Virus record (IMG/VR): IMGVR_UViG_3300037312_000330
Location: 32,001-96,000 of that record
Source of the DNA: a virus
Lineage: Duplodnaviria > Caudoviricetes
Length of the DNA stretch: 64,000 nt
Reading direction: 5' to 3' (one strand)
Positions 9,881 through 18,862 of the stretch are shown here, piece after piece (the first letter of the stretch is position 1; the number at the start of each line of letters is the position of its first letter). The notes beneath the pieces are model-generated. The model searched no databases, had not been told where the DNA came from, and was given only the letters and a program-made list of their open reading frames with translations. Made by a program: the position numbers and the translations under genes.

Positions 9881-11656
9881 TTAGAACGTAGAAGTGCCGA
9901 GCTGAGTTCCTGTCGGATACGCAAACGCAGGGTTGTTGATCAGAGTTGTTACTGGCCTACGCGCGGACACCGCGATGCTCATAGTCCCTGGATCAGGGGT
10001 AGAGTACGGAGAACCCGAGAACGCAAATGTCATGAATATATTGTAACCGCCGACGCCATCGAGTTGTGCCTGGACTGTCAGTGTCAATGTTGCGGACAGC
10101 GTACCATCCACACGACTTGCTTGATAGATCTGGGACTTGGTGGTTGTCAAGTTCGCCAGACCGATAGACGTTCCAGTTCCAAAAGTATTGGAACTGTAGG
10201 TGGTGCCACGGTCAATAACAATCGATCCGATTTGGTTGTATAGAGTCTGCCAAGCAGCGAAGAACGTCGTTTGATTACCAGACGTTGGCGTAATGGTAAT
10301 CATCGCGCCGGCGTTAGCAATACCCTTCCGCGTGTTCTCGTTCGGCTGCTTGAGATTGAAATCGTATTCTATGCTCGATAGCCAAGGGAGAGTGCGACTG
10401 CGCGCACATGAGCTGATAACCGAGGACTCGAGATATGCTACGTTGACCGTGTTTCGCGTGCCATCCAGATTGGTTTCGATGTTGTTATAGATGTTGTCGA
10501 ACTCACGATTCGTCAGATACAGACCAGTCGTGTTCTGGTTGGCAGTATGGACAATCCAGTCACTATCAAGCACCGCACTGATCTGCGTTGTCGTGTAGTT
10601 CTGCAATGTCATCAGCTTGCGAAGACTAGAAGACAGCAGCGTCCAATCGGCGAGAGTAGGGCGATTTGTCAGCGTTGGAATAGCAACCTGATTGATACCC
10701 GCATTTGTCGTACTATACGCACCACTTGGTGTCGACCAAAATCTATTGAAGTCAGCAGCCAGCTTGTTATAGTCGGCCATCGATGCGATCGGGATGTCAG
10801 CAGTTCCGGCTGTGGCTTCGTCTTCCCAGATCGTTACTTCACCAGTCGGCGTATAGGACAACGCTGGAGACCACGTGACGTTTGTCACTCCTGTCTGGCT
10901 CACTACTTTGCGAATATCTCCAGTGGAGAACTTGATCAGATAACGACTGACTGTCTGTGGCAGATTCAGATATACCGATCCTAGGCCAGTGTGCGTGAGC
11001 GTGCTGTTCGTCGCACTAGCTCCGGAATCGGTTGTAAAGCCATCGAAGATCTTCTTATAGCCGATGCATGCCCAAGCATAGTCCGAATCGCGAACCACCA
11101 GAACAGAATCACCGCTGACATTGGATTCGTGAACGATAGCCGCATTTGCTCCGTTCAATTGATTGACCGGAGCACTAAGACTGGTCCACGCTGGGACTTC
11201 CAGCATTGCCATCGGCTGACTGACAGTCACTTGCACGACGGCTGTTGCCTGTGCGAGCTTCAGTCGGCTGTGGATGCGATATCGGTTGCCTGCTTGGTTA
11301 CCTATTGCTCGGATCTTCTGCTGTAGCGTGTCGAACACGCAAATCGCCAGCATCGTATTGGTATCGTCGTAGAGTGAGATTTCACCAAAGTTGAAATCAC
11401 CAATACTGATATCCATTGTCAGCACCACATCCACTGTGTCGGCAATTCCATCGCCGTCGCTGTCGACCAGTGTATAGGTGCTGGGCGTACCCGTGTACAG
11501 AGTCGAGCCCGTCATCGACGCTTGACTACGAGACGGAGCATATCCGAAACCGGAGCCGATGCGGAAACTATTGAATGTGATATACGGACCACCTGGAGCA
11601 GCTACAGAACGTGCAGCCAGTCCAGCATCGGTCCACAGAAAGCCACTGTTGGACAT
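9881..11656 (-). CDS. Tail fibre / baseplate-attached fibre protein
   Basis: N-terminus WTDAG...FNFGEISLYD is paralogous to the neighbouring fibre. Confidence 0.7.
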   Translation of the reverse strand: MSNSGFLWTDAGLAARSVAAPGGPYITFNSFRIGSGFGYAPSRSQASMTGSTLYTGTPSTYTLVDSDGDGIADTVDVVLTMDISIGDFNFGEISLYDDTNTMLAICVFDTLQQKIRAIGNQAGNRYRIHSRLKLAQATAVVQVTVSQPMAMLEVPAWTSLSAPVNQLNGANAAIVHESNVSGDSVLVVRDSDYAWACIGYKKIFDGFTTDSGASATNSTLTHTGLGSVYLNLPQTVSRYLIKFSTGDIRKVVSQTGVTNVTWSPALSYTPTGEVTIWEDEATAGTADIPIASMADYNKLAADFNRFWSTPSGAYSTTNAGINQVAIPTLTNRPTLADWTLLSSSLRKLMTLQNYTTTQISAVLDSDWIVHTANQNTTGLYLTNREFDNIYNNIETNLDGTRNTVNVAYLESSVISSCARSRTLPWLSSIEYDFNLKQPNENTRKGIANAGAMITITPTSGNQTTFFAAWQTLYNQIGSIVIDRGTTYSSNTFGTGTSIGLANLTTTKSQIYQASRVDGTLSATLTLTVQAQLDGVGGYNIFMTFAFSGSPYSTPDPGTMSIAVSARRPVTTLINNPAFAYPTGTQLGTSTF

Positions 11657-11697
11657 AGATTCCTCTTTGTATTGCTATCAAATTAGCGGCTGCCCGC

Positions 11698-12429
11698 TCA
11701 CAGACTGTCGATGTTCATGTCGATGTCAATCAGGGGATACGTGACAACAATTGGGGCGTTCTGTGGATCGTCTACCGTGTGAACGTACAGATTTCCTTCC
11801 ATGGTGATCGATTCCAACACCAGATTAAAGTTGGCTACTGTGTAGAACAGATTCACCAACTTCGTCATCTGTGGGGCGCTGAATTTGAACGGGTCAAATA
11901 CCACACGAACGTGAGTAGTCGGAAACCACGTTCCGCCTCCCCATACTGGCGTTCCTATTCCAGGATCGCCCTCTTCCAGGAATGTACCGTATGTGTTCCA
12001 TGCACCAGCGTCAGCCGAGTTGGACCACAGATTTACAATCGAAACCACACCCTCCACGACGAAACCAAGGAAGTCGACAAAATTCGGTTTGCCTTTCGAG
12101 TACCAGAACAACGCGATGTTGCGGACAATGCGTTGATAGTCTTCACTGGTGATCAGGTCGGTCTGCTGAAAATCGAAACCAAGCTGTTTTGCCTGCTTGA
12201 TCAGGATCTCTTTTTCCGGCAGTTCGAAATCACTAGTGGACAGAAGTTGCCCACTGTTCACCTTGTCGATAGCGTCTGACGTTAGGATCCACAGGAATCG
12301 TAGTTGCGCCAGCCATTGAGTAGGATTATCGACAGCGTTCTCGAAAACCGTGTCGATGATGGTAATCAGATCCTGCCATACTGGCACCTCCGACATATAC
12401 GGAGGCAAGAGTACAGAACGGTCTTTCAT
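11698..12429 (-). CDS. Baseplate wedge protein (P2 gpI / T4 gp7-like)
   Basis: Follows the J-like gene; WYSKGKPNFVDFL. Confidence 0.65.
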   Translation of the reverse strand: MKDRSVLLPPYMSEVPVWQDLITIIDTVFENAVDNPTQWLAQLRFLWILTSDAIDKVNSGQLLSTSDFELPEKEILIKQAKQLGFDFQQTDLITSEDYQRIVRNIALFWYSKGKPNFVDFLGFVVEGVVSIVNLWSNSADAGAWNTYGTFLEEGDPGIGTPVWGGGTWFPTTHVRVVFDPFKFSAPQMTKLVNLFYTVANFNLVLESITMEGNLYVHTVDDPQNAPIVVTYPLIDIDMNIDSL

Positions 12430-12440
12430 GTTGTTTCCAA

Positions 12441-14156
12441 TCAGCTACGCAGATTGCGGTTCGTGTATTGCATCGTCAGATTTGTCGCCACCAGAGTTGG
12501 ATAGTAAGCGGCAATCGTACTTTCTACCGGCACTGGAGGTGCCGGAGTTGTGCTTCCAGTGTCGGTGTACGACAAGAATCCAGTTCCACCCGCATGCAAG
12601 AAACCTAGCGTTGGTCCAGTCTGACGTCCCCACACTCCATACGATGCAGCGTTGGGCACAGCCTGCCACGACAATTGCACTGCGCTGTTCGGTGCTGTGG
12701 TCGTAATCGAAGCCCAATTAGCAGGAGCAGACGAGCCACCAAACGACGATGTGACGTTCACAGAATAGTCGTATGTTCCTACAGGGAGTGTTCCACCGCC
12801 AAGCACTTCGGTCAGTACTGGAGCACCCACGCCCAATGTGGACAGCGCCAGATCAACATTCGGACTAGTAAGCTGTACGAATTCGACGTTCGAATCAGCT
12901 TCTTTGATCGTTGTGATGATGTCCGACAGGTAGATGTCGAGGCCGAGCGAACCTTGACGCAAAGCAAACAGATTGTCCAGTGCCGTTTGAATGTTCGCCT
13001 GTACGTTCGTCAGATTCGAGAACGTCTTGCAACTAACAGTAGCTGTCACTGTCACATTGATGGGACTTGGATCGCTGCGCGAGAATCGAGTGCTATACAT
13101 GGTACTAGCCTCAAACCACGCGAAGAAGTTATCCCAATCTGCCGATGTCCATGTGCTAGATGTCAGAAGCGACACCTTCATCACATTCATCCATGTGAGT
13201 GCATATGGGTTGATCTCACGTTGCGACAGCACACGCGCATCGATCACTCCGGGATATTGAAGTGGGAGTGCCTTGTATTGATTGGCAGTTACGGCAGCAT
13301 CGAACGAGCCGAATAGCGCCGGTGTCACGTTCTTATAAATGATAGGATCTGGTTCGTTTCCGCCGCCAACTGCGCTTACTGTCGGAATACCGTTGATGCT
13401 CGTATTGCCATCCTGAACGATGTTCTGATTGGCAGTTACGATGTTATTGCCGTCCTGGCCAAGAGTTACGACGTATGTGACGGTCACCAGATCGTTAGTA
13501 CCCGGCAGTGAACCGTAGACGTCATTGCCGAACATAAGGATCATCGATCCGTCTGGCAATGTAAACTGTTGTGCTCCCGGTTGGCCCTTCTTAGTCCATA
13601 GACCTTGCGAGATCGCCGGGACCGAGATGTTGTTAATCGTTACCAGGACGTCAGTATCACTTACCGTGAAGTCCTTCTCGGCGCTGACGAAAGCCTGATA
13701 GCTGGTGCCGAGTCCATATACGCTCTTGACCTGCACTTCACCTTGATAAAGTGTGACTTGAGTAGGACTAGTTGTCAAACTGAGAGCACTACGGTTGAAC
13801 CACTTGGTTCCAGCACCTACGAATTGTGTGTACGCAGGAATTACCACAGGACCATTGCTGCTGGTCATGTTGAAGGTCAGAGAGGCTGGGCTCTTCCGGC
13901 TGATTCGCACTCCAGCATAATTCGCGGCAGCGTACAGACTGTCAGCATTCTTGGCGCTGTCAGGGAACGCTTCCTGATACGAACTCTCAATGGCATATTG
14001 AGCATACGCACCAATGGCAGCGACCATCTCGACGTTGGTCTGACCCATCGAGCTAGTGATGCGGTCCTTCCAAGTGCCCGGGAACGCCGCGGCAGCAGCT
14101 TGTAGCTGAGAAACCAGCGAATCGAAGTCCGGCGCGACGTTAGATAGTTGGATCAT
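12441..14156 (-). CDS. Baseplate wedge protein (P2 gpJ / T4 gp6-like) with FN3-like insertion
   Basis: PDFDSL start, AVTANQYKAL motif, position after gp25-like gene. Confidence 0.8.
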   Translation of the reverse strand: MIQLSNVAPDFDSLVSQLQAAAAAFPGTWKDRITSSMGQTNVEMVAAIGAYAQYAIESSYQEAFPDSAKNADSLYAAANYAGVRISRKSPASLTFNMTSSNGPVVIPAYTQFVGAGTKWFNRSALSLTTSPTQVTLYQGEVQVKSVYGLGTSYQAFVSAEKDFTVSDTDVLVTINNISVPAISQGLWTKKGQPGAQQFTLPDGSMILMFGNDVYGSLPGTNDLVTVTYVVTLGQDGNNIVTANQNIVQDGNTSINGIPTVSAVGGGNEPDPIIYKNVTPALFGSFDAAVTANQYKALPLQYPGVIDARVLSQREINPYALTWMNVMKVSLLTSSTWTSADWDNFFAWFEASTMYSTRFSRSDPSPINVTVTATVSCKTFSNLTNVQANIQTALDNLFALRQGSLGLDIYLSDIITTIKEADSNVEFVQLTSPNVDLALSTLGVGAPVLTEVLGGGTLPVGTYDYSVNVTSSFGGSSAPANWASITTTAPNSAVQLSWQAVPNAASYGVWGRQTGPTLGFLHAGGTGFLSYTDTGSTTPAPPVPVESTIAAYYPTLVATNLTMQYTNRNLRS

Positions 14157-14575
14157 GTCGAACTAGCTTTCAAAGAGAACGAGAAGTTACCTTGCTGGTC
14201 AAGGCCGACTATGTTATACCAAATCTGCACTTGGAAAGATGCAGTGTTTAGGTCCGGGTCGACACGAGTGCGGTTCATGTCGATTTCTATGCGCGGCTCC
14301 CATCGTTGGATGGCCTGGATGAACACTACACGGATCTTGTTGGCCGTGATGTAATCTAGAGGCTCGTGAATTAGATTCATGAGTCCAGTGCCGTACTCTG
14401 GCTGTCCTATAGGGCCACGCGCACCAATTGGACACGTGAAGAGATTGTAGAGACTGTTGTTGATTGCCTGAATGTTGGAAACCAAGTCTGGTTTACCATT
14501 TAGGTCCATCAACGTATTGATGTCTAGCCAGACTACATTGGTAATCTGGAACTGTGGTAGAACACTTGTGCTCAT
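14153..14575 (-). CDS. GPW/gp25-family baseplate protein
   Basis: G..PEYGTGL..LIHEP; IQRWEPRI. Confidence 0.9.
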   Translation of the reverse strand: MSTSVLPQFQITNVVWLDINTLMDLNGKPDLVSNIQAINNSLYNLFTCPIGARGPIGQPEYGTGLMNLIHEPLDYITANKIRVVFIQAIQRWEPRIEIDMNRTRVDPDLNTASFQVQIWYNIVGLDQQGNFSFSLKASST

Positions 14576-14578
14576 AGA

Positions 14579-15202
14579 TTATTCCGGTTGTCCAGTTGTA
14601 TCTGGTCCACTTTGAACACCACCATGGACGTGATGTTTCAGACTGATACCGTCCGCAATCACGTCACCGTTGTTGACATTCACTGTGCTGTCATTGATAT
14701 TGATAGTGTTACTAGCAGCATGGATGTTAATCGTTCCATCTCCATCGATCTGGATTGTCGTGCCAGAAACAAACTGCGCCAACATCTTCGGAGTGGCATT
14801 CGGAGTAGTGTCTACAAAGAACAAGTTGCCTTCTGGGTCCTTCCAACCAAATCGTTTGAGATAGTTGGTCAAGAATTCTGCGGGCGTTTGTCCCTTGGTG
14901 AACGGGAATGCTTCGTATAGAGGATAGAGTGGTTTTCCCTGCTGAAAGACCACTACTACCTTGCTTCCAATTGGTGGCACAAGGTGGAATGATCCGTAGG
15001 CATTCGTATTTGGGAACCATCCGTTGATGTTTGGACTGATCCACGGCAGATTGTTCGGATCACCCTCGAACAGTTTCGGAATGCTAACCTTGATGCGTCG
15101 AGCCTGGTCCGGGTCGTCGTTGACTACAACTGTGCCAACCAGACGCACCCCCTTTAGATCGCTGGTTTCATCTGTGTGTTGGATGCCATTGAATGAGGGC
15201 AT
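14579..15202 (-). CDS. Baseplate spike (gpV/gp5-like)
   Basis: OB-fold start (GTVVVNDDPDQARRIKV); C-terminal LKHHVHGGV metal-binding tip. Confidence 0.9.
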   Translation of the reverse strand: MPSFNGIQHTDETSDLKGVRLVGTVVVNDDPDQARRIKVSIPKLFEGDPNNLPWISPNINGWFPNTNAYGSFHLVPPIGSKVVVVFQQGKPLYPLYEAFPFTKGQTPAEFLTNYLKRFGWKDPEGNLFFVDTTPNATPKMLAQFVSGTTIQIDGDGTINIHAASNTININDSTVNVNNGDVIADGISLKHHVHGGVQSGPDTTGQPE

Positions 15203-15203
15203 A

Positions 15204-16328
15204 TTACACCTGTGTACTATCGGATGTGTTGTTCGTTCCCTGACGGAATGCTTCCACCTTCTGATAGAAGTTCATGTTCTCTATGTATACCACTTTGCTA
15301 GTCACCATGTATTTGCCACTAATCGATGTGACTGATGTAGCGCCAGGATGCGACAAATCGCAGGAGACCACATCCATGATGTTTGCGTTCACAATGCGCG
15401 GGGTGACAAACTCTACACCGTAGGTGAACAAGTTGGACAGACGTTCGTTTTGATAGCGAGCTTGTTCATAGTTGTCATGTACGTTCCCAACATCGATTGG
15501 GGCAAACGACACCTTGTTTTGCACCACACCTTGTGCGATCGTAGCACTCATGCTCAAGTAACGACTATTCTTCTTGACTGTTAGATCGCGAACAACATTA
15601 TCCGTTGTGTTCAGAAACGATTGTCGTACTTGCTCGTGTTTGTACCCAGTCGTAGCGTTGTAGAAACCGCTCTTATTCAGCATACTGAAATCAGTGATGA
15701 TCGCCTGCTCACTGGATTCGACATTCGAGAAAGATTGTTGTACACCCAACTTGCTGAAGTCAGATATGTTGAGCACTCGCATCTTCTTGTCGATTGTCAC
15801 TCCCATCTGAATGCAGGAAGTAGCATCTATGTAGCAGTGTCGAACAATGTCACGAGCAAACTCTGCGCGTCGCTTGTTCTGTGGTATCCATATCTGCTGG
15901 TCGTTGGTGGTTATCCCGTCGTATGTCATGTTGCACTGACTGCAGAGGGTTTGCAGCGCAGTGCTGGCAGTGCTGTTCAAGGGTGTGTTGATCGATTCTG
16001 TCCAATAGCGAGGCACATCCAAGTAGCAGTAAAGGATGTAGGTAGTCGTTCCATTGACCATCTGCGACTTATGGGAAAACAGTCTGAACGGATAGATGAT
16101 CTTTTTCTGTTGCACTGACAACGACACTGTGACGGTCGTTCCGTCCTCTAAGATATCGTTGCGAGCAAAGAACTTCGCTACGTCCTGAAAGCGCAGGGTC
16201 ATCATCGGCACATACAACCGCACGGACTCTACTACATGGAAGTAGTCCAGCATATTGTGTTCCAACTGGACTGGCGTACCCCCAATCTGTAGTTGGAAAT
16301 CAAGCCGGTCCTTTACGGAGTAGGACAT
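15204..16328 (-). CDS. Baseplate hub protein (gp27/gpD-like)
   Basis: 374 aa, directly upstream of spike; GKYMVTSK near C-terminus. Confidence 0.65.
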   Translation of the reverse strand: MSYSVKDRLDFQLQIGGTPVQLEHNMLDYFHVVESVRLYVPMMTLRFQDVAKFFARNDILEDGTTVTVSLSVQQKKIIYPFRLFSHKSQMVNGTTTYILYCYLDVPRYWTESINTPLNSTASTALQTLCSQCNMTYDGITTNDQQIWIPQNKRRAEFARDIVRHCYIDATSCIQMGVTIDKKMRVLNISDFSKLGVQQSFSNVESSEQAIITDFSMLNKSGFYNATTGYKHEQVRQSFLNTTDNVVRDLTVKKNSRYLSMSATIAQGVVQNKVSFAPIDVGNVHDNYEQARYQNERLSNLFTYGVEFVTPRIVNANIMDVVSCDLSHPGATSVTSISGKYMVTSKVVYIENMNFYQKVEAFRQGTNNTSDSTQV

Positions 16329-16340
16329 ACAGACCTCAAA

Positions 16341-16685
16341 TCAGATGGTGACCGTAGCGTTGACCACGTTGCTGTCTTGGCTGGTCAGGAAGTTATTGAT
16401 GTCAGCCAACGAAGGAAGATTGAGCACCGTGCCTGGAGCAATCTCAGATATCGGATCGAGAATACCGTTGAACATGCAGAGCACCCACCAATAGCCCTTG
16501 TCACCATAGATGGCGAAAGCCAGACCAAAAGAGTTCGCTGTGTCGCTCTGTGTCACTGTGTATTGCTGTTTGGGCTGGATGCGGAACTTGATATTCTTGT
16601 ACTTGGCCGACAGATAATTGAGACGCCCAGGATCGATGCTGGGCTTCAAATAGGCGGCTCGATTCAGGTCAATGAATGCTGCCAT
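16341..16685 (-). CDS. Baseplate wedge gp53/gpX LysM-like protein
   Basis: LAFAIYGDKGYWWVLCMFNGILDP...GTVLNLP. Confidence 0.75.
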   Translation of the reverse strand: MAAFIDLNRAAYLKPSIDPGRLNYLSAKYKNIKFRIQPKQQYTVTQSDTANSFGLAFAIYGDKGYWWVLCMFNGILDPISEIAPGTVLNLPSLADINNFLTSQDSNVVNATVTI

Positions 16686-16687
16686 GA

Positions 16688-17626
16688 TTATCCAACATTA
16701 CGTAGACTAGAGAATCGTTGTGCGACACTTGATCCTCCGAATCCGGTTTGTCCGGACGACGAAGCACCATCCTGCGCAGCCGGGAACATGCCTTCGATGT
16801 CTCGCTCAGTAGGTGTGTAGAATGTGCGGAACTGAACCACTACTGTCGCACGCTGTGGGTTCTTGTCGGGACCCAGAACAACGTCGAATGTGGGACTGAC
16901 GTCTGTAACCACCACACTCGGGAAATATTGGAACTGTCCAATGTAGAGACTGATGTTGTTCTTGACACTATTGACGATCGCGTTACTGATCGGCTGTGCC
17001 ACAGTGTTCGCCATGTTGCGAACGGTTCCCACAGGGTCGTTCATAACCTGACGTCCAGTATCGATCATTGATCCAGCAGCGTTCAACAGACCACCACCTA
17101 CATCGCCACCGATCTTGGACAGAGTTGGACCAACTTGTGAAATCAACTTGTCCGGGTCAAGACGCGGTCCTGGCGCTTCCAACAGACCACCGCCTTGTGG
17201 GTCCTTAGGCATCATTAGCTTCATGAGATCTTTGATCGGTTTCATGACGTCTGACACACCGCTGTTCTCAGCTTGGAATATCAGAGGCAGACTGAACTGG
17301 ATGTTAGAACCGCCTTGCCATACCTGGATGGTCAGTGCTTGCGTAGTCAAGCTGAGACCAGCGAATCGAGCCATCGCGCCAAGTTTCTCGTTGACCGCAC
17401 TTCCCATGCCTTGAGCATACGGAGCATCGTAATTAGCGTTGATATCGACATTCACCTGATCTGGAAGCCACGCCTCTACCAGAATCCCTTGTTCTTGGCA
17501 GACAATGAACGCTTTGTATGCGAGCTCGCGTATATTCTGCTCGAGATTACCGCTTAGCTGACGTCCAGATTCGGCTAGCGACTGAGACATCGGCTTAGAT
17601 AGAACTTCACCAAATGTACTTGCCAT
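16688..17626 (-). CDS. Tail tube initiator / baseplate protein (gp48/gp54-like)
   Basis: 312 aa; synteny. Confidence 0.5.
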   Translation of the reverse strand: MASTFGEVLSKPMSQSLAESGRQLSGNLEQNIRELAYKAFIVCQEQGILVEAWLPDQVNVDINANYDAPYAQGMGSAVNEKLGAMARFAGLSLTTQALTIQVWQGGSNIQFSLPLIFQAENSGVSDVMKPIKDLMKLMMPKDPQGGGLLEAPGPRLDPDKLISQVGPTLSKIGGDVGGGLLNAAGSMIDTGRQVMNDPVGTVRNMANTVAQPISNAIVNSVKNNISLYIGQFQYFPSVVVTDVSPTFDVVLGPDKNPQRATVVVQFRTFYTPTERDIEGMFPAAQDGASSSGQTGFGGSSVAQRFSSLRNVG

Positions 17627-17633
17627 GATAGAC

Positions 17634-18845
17634 CTACGTGTTGACTACGTATATGCGATTGTCACGACCGCGGATTATAGTCTTATTCAACGAACTGTTG
17701 TCACTTCCGTTGCCTGCAACCAGAGGCGGTTGCTGCGGCTTGGACTGTCTGTCTGGTTTCTCCCACGTAACATCGGGAGCCTGTTCTGCAGACGCAGTCA
17801 CTTGTGGAACGGCTTGCTGAACGGCGACTGGTCCTTTGCTATCAACTCCAGGGCGGTAGCTAGTTTGCGCAACATGGCTGCTCGCAATGCTGCTGCCACC
17901 TGTTGCCGACCCCTGTTCCGGAGTGTGGAGTGCAACTTCAACAGTCTGCGGGTTTGAAATGCCCGATTGATTTGGCTCTGCTTCTTGAGCATAGCTGATG
18001 ATCTTTCCTTCTTGCTTCGCCAGTATCTGTCGCAGTGTTAACGGTTTCGATCTGTTTCCGTGCTCGTAGAAGACATTAGGATTCGCCTTCGCTGCCTTCG
18101 GGAACATCTCAGCACCGATCGCATTCGGGTTTTGTCGGAGTGCTTTGAGGAAACTACTTGCTCCAGAAGGACCCAAGAAGTATCCCATGTAGACTTCGCC
18201 ATACGTGGGCTTTCTGCCTAGGACGCGTTGCAGCGTGGTCGTTATCGAATTGATATACAGACTAGCAACTTCTGCCGACTTCTGCGGATCTTTCCGATCT
18301 GCAGCCGTGTATGGCAGATGATATTGGCGACACAGGTCTGACCACGTTCCCTCTGTGAACTGGAACAAACCAACTGCTGAACTTGTATCAGCGCCTACGT
18401 CACTTCGGAACGATGATTCTGCACCAGCTACAGCGTACAGGAGAGCATAGTCTACCTTCTTCATCGCGGCTGCATTTTTTATTGCAACCCTTGTCGACGC
18501 ATCGGCCCTGGAGGTCTTAACTCGAGTGTTTGAGACATCTCCAACTAAAGGACTCGATGTTGAAGTTACTCCAATTGGGGTAACGCTTTGTTCGCCAGCG
18601 TCACCACCCGCATCCGCTCCAGGTTCTTCCTTCTTTTCACTCTTCAGTTCAGCAAATGCAAAGATAGAAGCAATGGCAGCCAGAATTGGTCCGACCGTCA
18701 TCACAATGTTCACCAAGCCGCTCTCTGATTCATCAGATTTCTGTGCATCAATAAGAGCATGCGCGGCAAACAAACGACTTCGGTGTCGCTCGTGCTTGAA
18801 CATGTCTAGCAGTTGGGAGGCGACTGTATTACGCTTCTCAAACAC
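17634..18845 (-). CDS. Virion-associated lytic transglycosylase (SLT domain)
   Basis: GAESSF...SSAVGLFQFTEGTW; YMGYFLG. Confidence 0.85.
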   Translation of the reverse strand: MFEKRNTVASQLLDMFKHERHRSRLFAAHALIDAQKSDESESGLVNIVMTVGPILAAIASIFAFAELKSEKKEEPGADAGGDAGEQSVTPIGVTSTSSPLVGDVSNTRVKTSRADASTRVAIKNAAAMKKVDYALLYAVAGAESSFRSDVGADTSSAVGLFQFTEGTWSDLCRQYHLPYTAADRKDPQKSAEVASLYINSITTTLQRVLGRKPTYGEVYMGYFLGPSGASSFLKALRQNPNAIGAEMFPKAAKANPNVFYEHGNRSKPLTLRQILAKQEGKIISYAQEAEPNQSGISNPQTVEVALHTPEQGSATGGSSIASSHVAQTSYRPGVDSKGPVAVQQAVPQVTASAEQAPDVTWEKPDRQSKPQQPPLVAGNGSDNSSLNKTIIRGRDNRIYVVNT

Positions 18846-18862
18846 GAATCACCTCCTTTCTG

